A DNA stretch of 64,000 bases, taken from positions 160,001-224,000 of the forward strand of contig CAWIGG010000004.1 in NCBI GenBank assembly GCA_963835575.1. The letters run 5' to 3'. Positions 28,783 through 39,872 of this stretch are shown here, in pieces. This DNA comes from an uncultured Spirochaetota bacterium. GTDB taxonomy: Bacteria; Spirochaetota; Brevinematia; Brevinematales; JAOACQ01. The notes beneath the pieces were generated by a model that was not told where the DNA came from, did not search any database, and saw only the letters and a list, made by a program, of their open reading frames with translations. Both the position numbers and the translations under genes were made by a program. The number at the start of each line of letters is the position of its first letter. The first letter of the stretch is position 1.

Positions 28783-31700
28783 ATGGGTTTTATAAATTTT
28801 CACAGCCACAGCGAATATTCTTTTCTTGCGTCTCTTTTAAAAATCGATGAAATTGTCCAATTTTCCCTCTCCGGCGGTTTTGAGGGGTGCGCCGTTACGG
28901 ACACTCTTTCAACATACGGCTTTATAGAACTGTCCCGGACATGTCTTAAGAATAAAATTAAGCCGGTATTCGGCTGCGAGCTTTTTATAAAAGGGTCCGG
29001 TGGAAAGGGCCATTACCCGGTCCTTCTCATAGCCCTGGACAGACGCGGTCTGGAAAATATTTATCTGCTGAACAGCTTCGCCCACAAGCTTTACCTGAGC
29101 GAACACATTTATACATTACCGCAGGAAGTCCTTTTCTCTCATTATGAAGGACTGGCCGTACTGGCCGAATCAGAAATCTACTTTAACAGGAAAAATAAAA
29201 CAAGGGCACTAAAAATTGTTTCGCTCTATCAGGATGTTTTCAAGGAAAACTTTTTTGTCGAAGTGAATTATACCGGCGAAAAAAAAGTCCCTCTGCTCAA
29301 GGAAATAGTGGATCTGATCGAGGCCAACCGTTTCCCGGCATTGGCGGCATGCGAAGCCCGGTATTCCCGGTATGACGGCGATGCCTTTCCGGCACTGAAC
29401 GCTTACAGGGAAAAAAAAGAAGCGGGTAATGAAAAGGGCCTCCCTCTCGATACCGGATTCGATTTCTCTTTGAAAACAAAAGATGATTTCAGCCATTATT
29501 TTAAAAATCACCCGCAATATCTGGCCAACGCGGAAAGCCTCTTTGCCAGGATCGAGGACAATATCATTAAAAAAAGCTTCCCCGTGCCTCATTATATTAA
29601 AAGCCTGTCGAGGCTCAGAAAAATCTGCGAAAGAAAATTAAACGCTTATTGTTCCGATTCATTATACAGGATCAGGCTGGAAGAGGAACTCGGAATTATT
29701 GAGAAGGAAGGCATCTCTGATTATTTTATTTTCGCTTATGACATCGCCTGTTTTATCAAGATCAATAAGATCCCTTACGGGTTCGGGAAAGGCTCTCTTC
29801 CGTCGTCCCTTGTTTTATTCCTTCTGGGGCTGACAAAAATAGATCCGGTCGAACATGGGCTCCTTTTTGAGCTTTTTGTCCCGCCCGGTCTGCCCTTTTC
29901 GTATGAAATTGAACTGGATATATCCAGGAAAAAGAAAGGCGCGGTCTTTTCATATGTCCATTCAAAATTCGGAAAGAAAAATGTGTCATTTCTTTCGGTG
30001 ATAGACCGCTGGACAATCCGCTCGGCATTCCGGGCGGTCTCGAAATACAGCAGACTGGACAGGGATTCCGCAAAAATCCTTTCCTCATTTTTTAACAGGA
30101 GTAATTTTTCCATTGAAGAGGAATTAAATGCCGATTCGCGTTTTGCATTTCTCTATAATGAAAATAAAGAATTAAAAGAATGTTCGGACACGGTCCGCCG
30201 CCTGGACGGGAAAGCCTGTCAGAACCAGGTCCAATCGGACTGTTTTACCGTAATCCCTGGAGGTCTTGAAAAACAGGCCTCGCTGGATTACAATGCCGGA
30301 GGGGAACCATTTGCCGAATTAACCCGCGACGACGGTAGAATCAGCCCATTCCTCCGCGTTGTTTTAAATTCAAACCGCTCGGTCGCGATTATTGAAGAAA
30401 CAATGAGAACGGCAAAATTAAAAGACATAAATTATAATGACGGAGAAACCTATCTTTTATTAAGCGAAGGCAGAACAGCCGGCATCTTTACGCTGGAAAG
30501 CCCCGGCATCCGTGAATTTATAAAAAAAGCGCAGATAGATTCACTCTCATGCCTGTGCGATATTATCACCCTGTATAGAAAAGACCCCCTGACGCTTGGC
30601 ACGGCTTCAGATTATATTACCAGGAGAATCAACAACCTGAACTATGGGAAAGTCTCTCCGAAAGCCCATGAGACAAATCCGATCACATGGGAAACCTACG
30701 GTCTCATCCTGTATGAGGAGCAGGTTTTAAGGATTATCCATGAAGCGGCGGGGGTTGAACTGGATAAATCCATCCTGTTTCTCCAGGCGCTCCTTAAAAA
30801 AAACAACCCGGCGGTCCTTTCTTTTAAAAAGCAATTCATAAAGGGCTGCGTTCAAAACGGCAGCGATAAGGAATTCGCTCAAAGGCTTTTCGGTATTCTT
30901 CTCGAAGTCGGAAGGTGGGCCGTTAAGAAGTCCCATACTCTCAATTATGCTTACCTTGCCTATGCCGGGGCGTACCTGAAAACCCATCATCCCCTTGAAT
31001 TTTATCTTTCATACCTGAACAATAATCTCGACCTGTCTGAAAATTTAAATAAGATTATTATGGACATCCGCTTTTATTCCTGGAACATTAATATTCTTCC
31101 CATAAATATCAATAAAAGCAGATGCCTGTTTTCACTGGAAAACGGGAATATCAGGGCCGGACTTTATCTCATCAATCATTTAGGGCAGGAAACAGCGAGA
31201 AATATTGTCAGGGAAAGAAATAAGAATGGGATGTTCAAGGATATGCTTGATTTTACGCTCAGGATGTCATCATTCGATCTGCATGAAAAAGCCCTGGAAA
31301 ATCTCATCAAGGCCGGCGCTTTTTCTGAATCAGACCGCAGCGTATCAGAACTGCTTTCCACGGCGCATTCCGTATATAAATTCGCCCGGAAAGAAGAAAA
31401 GGACGAGGAAAACAGCCTCTTCGAACGGGGCGAACAGATCCCGGACCTGGAATACTTTATCAGGAAAAATCCGCCGGCGGACATGCCGGTCAATTCCATG
31501 GATGAATTTGAGGCCACGGATGTCTTCCTTACCCATGATCCTCTGGACAGGGTTAAAGACGTGCTCGGCCGGTACAGCGTGGACGAAACCGATCAGATGC
31601 AGAACCTGGAAAAAGGTACCTTTATCGCCTATCTGTTTCAGCTCAGGGCCGCGCGCAGCCGCCGGGGCGGAATGACGGCATCCGCACAGATATGCGACAG

Positions 31701-31860
31701 AAAAGGCATTGCCCGGGCCGTATTTTTCCCTTCGGTCTATCAGCGGTATTCTTCCATCCTGCAGAACCATACAATATACCTGATGAAGGGAAAAATAAAT
31801 AATAACCAGTTGATTGTCGAACAGATATTCCTCTTTGACGAGCTGATTAAAAACGGATGA
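28783..31860 (+). CDS. DNA polymerase III alpha (DnaE) paralog with degenerate active site
   Basis: PHP HSHSEYS, GIFTLES, TYGLILYEEQV, KSH..YA, OB fold; catalytic motifs altered. Confidence 0.85.
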   Translation: MGFINFHSHSEYSFLASLLKIDEIVQFSLSGGFEGCAVTDTLSTYGFIELSRTCLKNKIKPVFGCELFIKGSGGKGHYPVLLIALDRRGLENIYLLNSFAHKLYLSEHIYTLPQEVLFSHYEGLAVLAESEIYFNRKNKTRALKIVSLYQDVFKENFFVEVNYTGEKKVPLLKEIVDLIEANRFPALAACEARYSRYDGDAFPALNAYREKKEAGNEKGLPLDTGFDFSLKTKDDFSHYFKNHPQYLANAESLFARIEDNIIKKSFPVPHYIKSLSRLRKICERKLNAYCSDSLYRIRLEEELGIIEKEGISDYFIFAYDIACFIKINKIPYGFGKGSLPSSLVLFLLGLTKIDPVEHGLLFELFVPPGLPFSYEIELDISRKKKGAVFSYVHSKFGKKNVSFLSVIDRWTIRSAFRAVSKYSRLDRDSAKILSSFFNRSNFSIEEELNADSRFAFLYNENKELKECSDTVRRLDGKACQNQVQSDCFTVIPGGLEKQASLDYNAGGEPFAELTRDDGRISPFLRVVLNSNRSVAIIEETMRTAKLKDINYNDGETYLLLSEGRTAGIFTLESPGIREFIKKAQIDSLSCLCDIITLYRKDPLTLGTASDYITRRINNLNYGKVSPKAHETNPITWETYGLILYEEQVLRIIHEAAGVELDKSILFLQALLKKNNPAVLSFKKQFIKGCVQNGSDKEFAQRLFGILLEVGRWAVKKSHTLNYAYLAYAGAYLKTHHPLEFYLSYLNNNLDLSENLNKIIMDIRFYSWNINILPININKSRCLFSLENGNIRAGLYLINHLGQETARNIVRERNKNGMFKDMLDFTLRMSSFDLHEKALENLIKAGAFSESDRSVSELLSTAHSVYKFARKEEKDEENSLFERGEQIPDLEYFIRKNPPADMPVNSMDEFEATDVFLTHDPLDRVKDVLGRYSVDETDQMQNLEKGTFIAYLFQLRAARSRRGGMTASAQICDRKGIARAVFFPSVYQRYSSILQNHTIYLMKGKINNNQLIVEQIFLFDELIKNG

Positions 31861-31861
31861 A

Positions 31862-32062
31862 GCCGTCATTGCGAGCATCCGACTTTATACTCTGCCGAAT
31901 ATTTTAAAGCGAAGCAATGGTTCGACAAGTTCACCACGGCGTCTGTCAGCTTTTAATACAGACTTGCCCTGAGCTTGCCGAAGGGTTGCTTCGCGCGATA
32001 TTCAGCGGCTAAATGAAAACAGGGTGCTCACAATAGCCTGCCCTGAGCTTGCGAAGGGACGG
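31862..32062. repeat. Family B repeat with three ~23-bp insertions
   Basis: Alignment by eye with 16433-16581. Confidence 0.75.
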
Positions 32063-32148
32063 TCTTAGTTTTTCATTAAACCTTCAATAATAACAACTTT
32101 TACAATCGGAACTCCGTAACTTACTGAAAAATAAGCGGTAAGAAAATA

Positions 32149-32238
32149 TTGACAGATTATTTTTAACCCCTTAAAATATTAAAGATGATTGAACGGATAT
32201 GACTAAAAGGGAGTCGGATGAGCCGACTCCTTTTTTAT
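32149..32238 (+). promoter_or_regulatory. rimP operon promoter (TTGACA-17-TAAAAT) and leader hairpin GGAGTCGG..CCGACTCC plus T tract
   Basis: Read directly from the sequence; terminator/attenuator-like. Confidence 0.65.
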
Positions 32239-32259
32239 TAGCCTTTTTCAGGATCGTTT

Positions 32260-32733
32260 ATGAAAGACAAAATCCTGGCCCTGGCCAGGGATACTGTAGA
32301 GACACTGGGTTTTATTTTTGTTGAAGCGAAGATACTTATTGGAAAAAGCAGTAAAACCCTCAGGGTCGTTATTCATAAAACCGGCGCGGATGTCTCGATG
32401 CAGGATTGTTCCTCGGCTTCAAATGTCATGCAGAGGCGGATCGAAATCGAGGTCCCCGGATTTTCGGAAAATTACGGCCTTGTCGTGGAATCACCCGGAG
32501 CGGATAGAAAGCTCTCTTCTTTACAGGAAGTGGAGATTTTTAAAGATAGAGAAATGCGTTTTGTGCTGAAAGAGCCGGCAAAGCACGGCATGAAAGACGG
32601 ACTTGCTGTAGGCCGGGTACAGAATATAACAGGCAATACACTGCGCGTCCTGACTGACGGAAAGGAACTGGAGTTCAATTGGGAGGAAATTGCCGGCGTG
32701 AAGCTCTATTTTGATATGAAGAATTACCTATAA
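32260..32733 (+). CDS. rimP: Ribosome maturation factor RimP
   Basis: DC..S, VESPGADRKL; upstream of nusA. Confidence 0.85.
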   Translation: MKDKILALARDTVETLGFIFVEAKILIGKSSKTLRVVIHKTGADVSMQDCSSASNVMQRRIEIEVPGFSENYGLVVESPGADRKLSSLQEVEIFKDREMRFVLKEPAKHGMKDGLAVGRVQNITGNTLRVLTDGKELEFNWEEIAGVKLYFDMKNYL

Positions 32734-32747
32734 CTGGAGGCAATGGA

Positions 32748-34109
32748 ATGGCTATAGTGGATTATATTACAGAGTTTGCCAAGGAAAATAAGATCTCGAA
32801 GGACCTGGCTACTCAAATTTTGAGGGAAGCTCTCATCAGCGTTTATAAAAAGAAATTCGGCAAGGAATATGATAATGTCGAGATTGAACTGGAAAAGAAA
32901 CTGACCATTCATCAGATCAAGGAGATCGCCGAGACTGTCGAGAATAATGTCACTCATATCACTCTGGACGAGGGCAGGAAATACTCAAGAAAGAAAAGCC
33001 TGGGTGTAGGCGATAAGGTAAAAATACCCTTAGATATTGACAGCTTCGGCCGGCAGATCGCCCAGATTGTCAAGCAGATTTTAAAACAGAAGGTCAGCGA
33101 GATCCAGAAAGACATTATTTACAATGAATACAAGAATAAAGTCGGTGAAATCGTCGTCGGAAAAGTCAAATCCAGAATGGAGGGAAGAAATAACGGTTAT
33201 TTCGTGTCCATCGAGCCGAAAGAGGCGGAAGCTTTTCTTCCCGCTTCAGAGACAATTCCCGACGAGATTTTTGAAAGAGGGGATTTCCTTAAAGCGCTTT
33301 TGCTGCAGGTGAATGAAGTCTCAAGCCGGGAGGAATCCCAGCTCATTCTTTCCAGGGCAAGCGAGGATTTCGCCAGGCAGATGCTGCGGACAAATGTCCC
33401 CGAAATCTCGGACGGGACATTTACCATAAAGGCCATTGCCAGGAAAGCGGGCGAAGTGACAAAAGTCGTGCTTTATTCCAATGTGGACTCAATCGATCCG
33501 GTAAGTGTTACCATCGGCAAGCAGGGTTCGCGTATTAAACCCATCCGCGCCGAGCTCGGTTCTGAAAGAATTGAGATTATCCGTTATAATGAAGACTCGA
33601 AAACCCTGATAAAAAATGTTATCGCCGCGAGCCGTGTTCTCAAAAACAGGATAGCCGAAGTTTACAATATTGACCTGAACAGCGAGACAAAGAACGCGTC
33701 GGTTGTTGTCCCGAACGAATTTGTCGCCCCTCTTATAGGGAAAAAAGGCGTTCATCAAAGAATGCTTGAAAAAATCACGGGATGGCGCATCCGGTTTACG
33801 CCCTATTCCGAATATGAGATCAAGATCGCCGAAAAGCAGAAAGAAGTCGATCAGATCCTCGGTATTACCGGGAATGAAGAGGTTGAATTCATTGAGGAAG
33901 AGCAGATCCCTATTTCAATGCTTCCTTTCAGTCCCGGACAGGTCGTGATACTGCAGAACGCCGGGTTTGAAGATGTGGCTGAGATTATAGAGTATTCCAT
34001 TGAAGAGCTGGCCCGGAAATGCGAGATCAGCCTGGATGAAGCGATGATCATCTGGAAAGTGATAGAGGATAATGTGGATATTGAAGAGGAGGCTGATGGA
34101 AATGAATAA
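32748..34109 (+). CDS. nusA: Transcription termination/antitermination factor NusA
   Basis: FGRQIAQ, LILSRA, VPEISDG, S1/KH domains. Confidence 0.92.
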   Translation: MAIVDYITEFAKENKISKDLATQILREALISVYKKKFGKEYDNVEIELEKKLTIHQIKEIAETVENNVTHITLDEGRKYSRKKSLGVGDKVKIPLDIDSFGRQIAQIVKQILKQKVSEIQKDIIYNEYKNKVGEIVVGKVKSRMEGRNNGYFVSIEPKEAEAFLPASETIPDEIFERGDFLKALLLQVNEVSSREESQLILSRASEDFARQMLRTNVPEISDGTFTIKAIARKAGEVTKVVLYSNVDSIDPVSVTIGKQGSRIKPIRAELGSERIEIIRYNEDSKTLIKNVIAASRVLKNRIAEVYNIDLNSETKNASVVVPNEFVAPLIGKKGVHQRMLEKITGWRIRFTPYSEYEIKIAEKQKEVDQILGITGNEEVEFIEEEQIPISMLPFSPGQVVILQNAGFEDVAEIIEYSIEELARKCEISLDEAMIIWKVIEDNVDIEEEADGNE

Positions 34110-34233
34110 AGTATTTAAATATTTAGATACTTTATTCGAGTTTTTGATGATTATGAAAAATTCTGGTTTATCTGTATGAACTGACTGAAATACAGATTTT
34201 GAGTAATTATATGGCCCGTAAGGAGGCTTGGTT

Positions 34234-36570
34234 ATGTCTGAAGAGCAGAAAAAGAAGATCATAAAAAAGATCATAAAACTGAAAGCGCCCGGCGGAACCG
34301 AGAAAAAAGTTGAATCGGTAAAAACCGCGCCTAAAGAGGCTGGCGTAAAGAAACATACAGGCCCTGCTGACCCTGCTGGAGCCGCCGTGAAAAAAACCAA
34401 GCCTGTAAAAGAAATAACCCCTCAGCCTCAGCAGAAGGAATTCAAGCCCAACGAAGCCGCCAGACCGGCCGGACAGCCGCCCCGCAGGTTTGAATATCAA
34501 AAACATAATAAAGATAACAGGGTGGAAAGACCGGGACAGCCATTCAGGCCCGGCCAGGGTTTCCAAAAACGTCCGAATCAGGGCGGCCCTTTCAACAGGG
34601 ACAGGTTCGGTTACAAGCCGTCCGAAACACCCATTGTTGAAAAAGAACAGGCGGGCAAAGGCATGCACAGGAATGTGTTTTATGACCGGCCCAAAAGCGC
34701 TTTTGACATCAAGGAAAAAAACAAAAGCAGGGAAGAGGAAATACTTCTCTCTAAAATGGAAGATTCCATCCGTAAAAAATCAAAAAAAGGCGAGGCCGCG
34801 ATACCTCCCGAAATTGAAATCGGCGAAATAATAAAGATTACCGACATGGCGAAGAAAATGAACCTGAAGGCCAGCGAGATCATACAAAGGCTGGTCGACC
34901 TCGGCGTTCAGGCCACAATAAACGATACGATAGACGCCGATACGGCTTCCATAGTCGCTTCGGAATTCAGCTGCAAGGTTAATGTAAAAAGCCTGAAAGA
35001 GGAAGTGGAAATAAAAGAGGAAGAGGATAAAGCCAAAGACCTCAAGCCCCGTTCGCCGGTGGTGACCATTATGGGGCATGTGGACCATGGCAAAACCAAG
35101 CTTCTGGACGCCATCCGGAATTCCTCAATCGCCGAGCATGAATCCGGCGGCATCACACAGCATATCGGCGCGTACCGCGTAAAAACACCCAAAGGCGAAA
35201 TTACATTCATAGATACACCCGGCCATGAAGCCTTTACGGCCATGCGCGCCAGAGGCGCCAATGTCACCGACATTGTCATTCTTGTCGTTTCAGCCGTGGA
35301 CGGGGTCATGCCCCAGACTATTGAAGCGTTAAATCATGCCAAGGCCGCCAAGGTGCCTATCATTGTCGCTGTCAATAAAATCGACCTTCCCGACGCGAGC
35401 GTTGACAGGGTCAAGCAGCAGCTTTCAGAGCATGGCGTCATGTGGGAAGAATGGGGAGGCGAATCCATTTATGTTAATGTTTCCGCTCTCAAGAAAATGG
35501 GCATTCAGGAACTCCTGGATTCCATTCTTCTGCAGGCTGAAATGATAGAGCTGAAAGCCAACCCGAACAAAAAAGGAATGGGCTATGTCATCGAATCCAA
35601 AATGGACATCGGAAGGGGCGCCGTTGCCACAGTCATTGTCAAAAACGGCAGTATCAAGACCGGGGATAATTTTGTGGCCGGCACGACAATGGGCAAGGTG
35701 AGAGGAATGTTTGACGAAAGCGGCGCCAAAATGGACATTGCTATGCCTTCCTATCCCGTTGAGATCATGGGTTTTGATGAAGTCCCCAATGCCGGCGATA
35801 AATTTTATGTTGTCGAAAACGAGGAAACGGCAAAATCCATCTCATCGAAAAGACAGGACCTAAAGAGAAGCGAAGACACTGCCAATATCAAGCGGGTTCA
35901 GATGCAGAATGCCATGGAAGCCATCACTTCCGGAACTGTAAAAGAAATAAAAGTGGTCATCAAAGCGGATGTCCAGGGTTCCGTCGAGGCGATAAAGACA
36001 TCGCTCGAAAGGGTTTCCGCGGGCGACATAAAAGTAACTGTCATCCACGCGGGGGTCGGCGCCGTGATTGAAAGCGACGTCCTTTCGGCAACAACGACGG
36101 CAAATACGGCCGAAACAGGCGTTGTCATACTGGCGTTCCGCGTACGGGTCGATTCCATAGCAAAGGAAAAAGCTGAATCGGAAGGCATCATCATAAAAAG
36201 ATTTAATATCATATATGAGCTCATTGATTATGTGGACGGACTGGTAAAAGGCATGATCAAGCCGGAAATTATAGAAAAAGTCATCGGAAGCGCCGAAATC
36301 AAAGAAATATTCAAGATCAAGGATATCGGTAAAATCGCGGGCTGTATCGTTAAAGATGGCTTTATCCGCAAGAGCGAGAAAGTGCGCCTGTTCCGCGACG
36401 GGGTCCAGGTCTGGGAAGGAAAAGTAAAGGACATCCGCCGGTTCAAAGATGAAGTGAATGAGGTCCAGGAAGGTTTTGAATGCGGGATTTCCTTAGTTAA
36501 TTACGAAAACTTCAAGAAAGGCGATATCATCGAGTGCTTTACATCCGAAGAAAAAATAAACCTGAAATAG
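34234..36570 (+). CDS. infB: Translation initiation factor IF-2
   Basis: [30 protein letters not shown]. Confidence 0.97.
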   Translation: MSEEQKKKIIKKIIKLKAPGGTEKKVESVKTAPKEAGVKKHTGPADPAGAAVKKTKPVKEITPQPQQKEFKPNEAARPAGQPPRRFEYQKHNKDNRVERPGQPFRPGQGFQKRPNQGGPFNRDRFGYKPSETPIVEKEQAGKGMHRNVFYDRPKSAFDIKEKNKSREEEILLSKMEDSIRKKSKKGEAAIPPEIEIGEIIKITDMAKKMNLKASEIIQRLVDLGVQATINDTIDADTASIVASEFSCKVNVKSLKEEVEIKEEEDKAKDLKPRSPVVTIMGHVDHGKTKLLDAIRNSSIAEHESGGITQHIGAYRVKTPKGEITFIDTPGHEAFTAMRARGANVTDIVILVVSAVDGVMPQTIEALNHAKAAKVPIIVAVNKIDLPDASVDRVKQQLSEHGVMWEEWGGESIYVNVSALKKMGIQELLDSILLQAEMIELKANPNKKGMGYVIESKMDIGRGAVATVIVKNGSIKTGDNFVAGTTMGKVRGMFDESGAKMDIAMPSYPVEIMGFDEVPNAGDKFYVVENEETAKSISSKRQDLKRSEDTANIKRVQMQNAMEAITSGTVKEIKVVIKADVQGSVEAIKTSLERVSAGDIKVTVIHAGVGAVIESDVLSATTTANTAETGVVILAFRVRVDSIAKEKAESEGIIIKRFNIIYELIDYVDGLVKGMIKPEIIEKVIGSAEIKEIFKIKDIGKIAGCIVKDGFIRKSEKVRLFRDGVQVWEGKVKDIRRFKDEVNEVQEGFECGISLVNYENFKKGDIIECFTSEEKINLK

Positions 36571-36579
36571 GAAGATTGA

Positions 36580-36954
36580 ATGGCTACAAATAGAAGGATA
36601 CAGAGAATTAATAAAACGCTCATGAAGGAAATCAGCGAGGTGATCCTGCGGGAAGTCAAGGATCCGAGAGTGATTTCGCTGGTTTCAATAGTGGACGCGA
36701 ATATGGCGAGCGATATGAAATCCGCCAGGATTACAATCAGCATCTTCGGCAAAGACGAGCTGGAAAACCTGAAAACCCTGGAAGCGCTCAACAGCGCCGC
36801 GGGTTTTATCTCATCCGTGGTCAGTAAAGGGCTCCGTCTGAGATTCGCGCCCCATATTACTTTTGAAAGGACCCATGCGATTGAGCAGGGTGTTTCAATG
36901 TACTTCAAATTAAAGGAAATAACCGGCAATGAAGAACAAATTCAAAATCCTTGA
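36580..36954 (+). CDS. rbfA: Ribosome-binding factor A
   Basis: KDPRV, AAGFI, LRFAP. Confidence 0.92.
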   Translation: MATNRRIQRINKTLMKEISEVILREVKDPRVISLVSIVDANMASDMKSARITISIFGKDELENLKTLEALNSAAGFISSVVSKGLRLRFAPHITFERTHAIEQGVSMYFKLKEITGNEEQIQNP

Positions 36955-37933
36955 ACAAAACGCCCTTAAAAACAAATTAATAGAACTTTATAATCTGATC
37001 CTGAATTCCAGAGGCGTTATCATCGCGGGGCATGTGACGCCCGACGGCGATGATGTGTCCAGCCAGATCGTACTGGGGGAATTTCTCCAGTCCATCGGCA
37101 AAAAGTTCGTCATAGCCTGGAGCGAGGATGTTCCGAAATCCTTCCATTTTCTGCCCGATGTCAAATCAATAAAAAATATTCATAAAGAGCCGGTAAATCC
37201 CGATGATTATGACCTTTTTATCATTGTCGACTGCGGCGACATTGAAAGGATCGGCGATGTCAGACAGCTTATAAGAAGCGGCCATACCATAATAAATATT
37301 GACCACCATAAGATCAATTCAGAATTCGGGGCCATGAACATTGTCGCGGAAAACGCATGCAGCATCGGGGAAATCCTGTATTATTTCTTTATCGTCAATA
37401 AAATCCCGGTCACGCGCCAGATGGCCGTCAACCTTTACGTGTCGATTGTTACCGATACGGGTTCCTTCAGCTATGACTGCATGCATACGGAGGTCCATCT
37501 GATCGCCGCCGACCTGCTCGAGAGGGGAATCGTCCCGTCCGATTTTAACATTTTCCTATACCAGAGTAAATCCTACTCTTATATTAAACTGCTGACATCC
37601 GTCCTGTCGCGTCTCGAGCTCATCGAAAACGGGAAAATCGCTTTTTCTCATTTACCCTTATCTGATTTTGCCGGAAACATAGAGGATGAAACGGACGGCA
37701 TTATCGAATATCTCGGCATGCTGGAAAGCGTTTCCGTTTACGTCCTGATAAAGGAAAAAACGCCGGGAGTCTTTACGGCCAGCATGCGGAGCAAATTCAA
37801 TGTGGATGTGGCGAAAATCGCGTCCCGGTTCAACGGCGGCGGCCATATGCGCGCGGCGGGATGCCGGACCGAAAAATTGAGCTATGATGAATTCAAGAAC
37901 AAGATCATTTCACTTATCAAAAAACAGCTTTGA
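36929..37933 (+). CDS. DHH/DHHA1 phosphoesterase (NrnA-like)
   Basis: PDGDD, IDHH, TDTGSF, GGGH. Confidence 0.9.
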   Translation: MKNKFKILEQNALKNKLIELYNLILNSRGVIIAGHVTPDGDDVSSQIVLGEFLQSIGKKFVIAWSEDVPKSFHFLPDVKSIKNIHKEPVNPDDYDLFIIVDCGDIERIGDVRQLIRSGHTIINIDHHKINSEFGAMNIVAENACSIGEILYYFFIVNKIPVTRQMAVNLYVSIVTDTGSFSYDCMHTEVHLIAADLLERGIVPSDFNIFLYQSKSYSYIKLLTSVLSRLELIENGKIAFSHLPLSDFAGNIEDETDGIIEYLGMLESVSVYVLIKEKTPGVFTASMRSKFNVDVAKIASRFNGGGHMRAAGCRTEKLSYDEFKNKIISLIKKQL

Positions 37934-37941
37934 ATCATAAG

Positions 37942-38036
37942 AATCTTCCGCTAATCCACGCGAATTCACGCTAATTTATTATTTTCTTCCAAATCACTCA
38001 ATTTTCTTCGCGTCCATTCGCGTGAATTAGCGGATT
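37942..38036. repeat. Family A repeat, inverted orientation
   Basis: Reverse complement of the 5175-5266 ends. Confidence 0.75.
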
Positions 38037-38238
38037 ATCCGTTCTTCAGAAAAGCAATACCTCATCCTTCAGCAGGCTCGGGAACCAGGCATAACATTCC
38101 GGAGGAACACGCCAAATTACATCAAATTTAAAATTCAAAATCTTGATTTGACAGCTTCCGAAATCCTTTTTAGATTGAATATTTTTCATATTCTTATTAA
38201 AATATCCAGATGAATACAGAATATACGGAGGTCCCATT

Positions 38239-39525
38239 ATGACATTTAAAGTAAAGGCCGCTGCTATCGGCGGGCTCTGTCTGATTCTTTTCTCAGCATC
38301 CCTTCTTTTCAGCGAAAGCACAGAGATAAAAGCGGATTTCTCAAAGCTGACTGTCAAAATAAAGCCGGAATCGATCCGCGGCGTTAATGTGAATAATTCC
38401 ATGCAGATCGCCGCCGTCAGGGATAAAATAAAGCTCATGAAAATACCGACGATCACTTATCCCGCCGGGAATATAGGCGATGAAAGCGATATGAACAACA
38501 AGGCCAATTTGAGCTTCTTCTCGCTTCAGCAGGGAATGCTGGGGAACCCGTTCACGTTTGTCCAGGTACGCGTTTTTAACGGAACCGTCGAAGGCGCAGT
38601 CAATTCAATCCCGTCAGCCGCCACTAACGACGTCCGCGTGGATGTCTGGAGCATCGGGAACGAGCCGGACCTTTACTACCGGAACAACGCGCCCGACTGG
38701 ACCTCTGATAAATACAACAAGGTATTCCGGGAATATGTCACCGCCATGAAAAAGACCTATCCGAACCTGAAAGCCGCCGGACCGATGGTCAGCCAGCCGA
38801 AAGACGACTGGATCAAGAGTTTTATAAAGGAAAATGGGGACCTTGTGGACGTCATGGCCTGGCACTGGTACCCGACTGACGGCAGCTGGTCGGACCCGGC
38901 GGCGATCGGTACGGCGCCCATGATTGTCGATCAGATCAAACGCTACAGGGAATGGCTCAAGGACCCGGCCATGAACCCGAAAGGCTATAACAGGGATATC
39001 AAACTGGCCCTGACGGAATACGCCATACACTGGAATACGCCGAAGGCCACACAGCTTGCCGATATGACCGGCGCGATCTGGACGGCGGAAGTGATGGGCT
39101 ATTTAGCGCAGAGCCAGATAGACTATTCGCACTATTTCTGTCTGGGCGCTTACGGCGGGCATGCTGTTTTTGAGCCCAACTCTAACATCCGCAGGCCTGT
39201 TTATTACGTCTTCGCTTTTTACGGCAGCCACTTCGGGGACCAGATGGTTTCCGCTTCTTCTTCGGATAATGAAGTCAAAACATTCGCGAGCATCGACAGC
39301 GACGGCATAAAGCATCTGATTGTTATTAACGAAAACGCTTCCGACAGTAAAGAATTATCAATCACACTTGAGGGATTAACCCAGAATATAAAGAACGTAA
39401 AAGGCTTTCTGCTGAGCAAGGAATCGAACGGCAAGGATATGGACCCCAAGCTGATAAAGAAAGCTTTTAGAAAATTGACGGTAAGCATGCCGGCTTTTTC
39501 AGTGGCCGCGTTTGATATTGAATAA
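38239..39525 (+). CDS. Secreted clan GH-A glycoside hydrolase (GH44/51/79-like)
   Basis: Signal peptide, WSIGNEPD acid/base, LTEY nucleophile, C-terminal beta-sandwich. Confidence 0.75.
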   Translation: MTFKVKAAAIGGLCLILFSASLLFSESTEIKADFSKLTVKIKPESIRGVNVNNSMQIAAVRDKIKLMKIPTITYPAGNIGDESDMNNKANLSFFSLQQGMLGNPFTFVQVRVFNGTVEGAVNSIPSAATNDVRVDVWSIGNEPDLYYRNNAPDWTSDKYNKVFREYVTAMKKTYPNLKAAGPMVSQPKDDWIKSFIKENGDLVDVMAWHWYPTDGSWSDPAAIGTAPMIVDQIKRYREWLKDPAMNPKGYNRDIKLALTEYAIHWNTPKATQLADMTGAIWTAEVMGYLAQSQIDYSHYFCLGAYGGHAVFEPNSNIRRPVYYVFAFYGSHFGDQMVSASSSDNEVKTFASIDSDGIKHLIVINENASDSKELSITLEGLTQNIKNVKGFLLSKESNGKDMDPKLIKKAFRKLTVSMPAFSVAAFDIE

Positions 39526-39544
39526 GATTTGGATAAAAATACTT

Positions 39545-39575
39545 AAGGCGCATCTTTCCGGATGCGCCTTTTTTA
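39545..39575 (+). terminator. Rho-independent terminator
   Basis: AAGGCGCATC-TTTCCG-GATGCGCCTT followed by a T tract. Confidence 0.8.
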
Positions 39576-39665
39576 TTATTGATTAAATATTATTAAACAT
39601 CCCTCTTTTGCTGACCCCAATTCGGCAGGATCAACAGGATTGAACAGAATTTTCAGGATAGGGTA

Positions 39666-39779
39666 TTAGCCACAGAATGTCACGGAAAAACACTGAACTT
39701 ATTCCATTTGTGTCAGTATGTTAAACTTATAATTTTATATGTTTTATTTCCGTGTACTTCTGTGTCATTCTGTGGCTAA
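39666..39779. repeat. Inverted short-period repeat (CACAGAA../..TTCTGTG)
   Basis: TTAGCCACAGAATG ... CATTCTGTGGCTAA. Confidence 0.7.
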
Positions 39780-39872
39780 CCCCGTGATTTTACTCAATAC
39801 AATCAATAATAAAACACAAAGCCAGTTTCCATTATATTGCGCTCTAACCGTCCATAGCCTATAATGATATCT

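Noticed and set aside
28783..31860. Calling this the replicative dnaE or an error-prone dnaE2
   Set aside because: The catalytic aspartates are missing and no imuA/imuB is adjacent.
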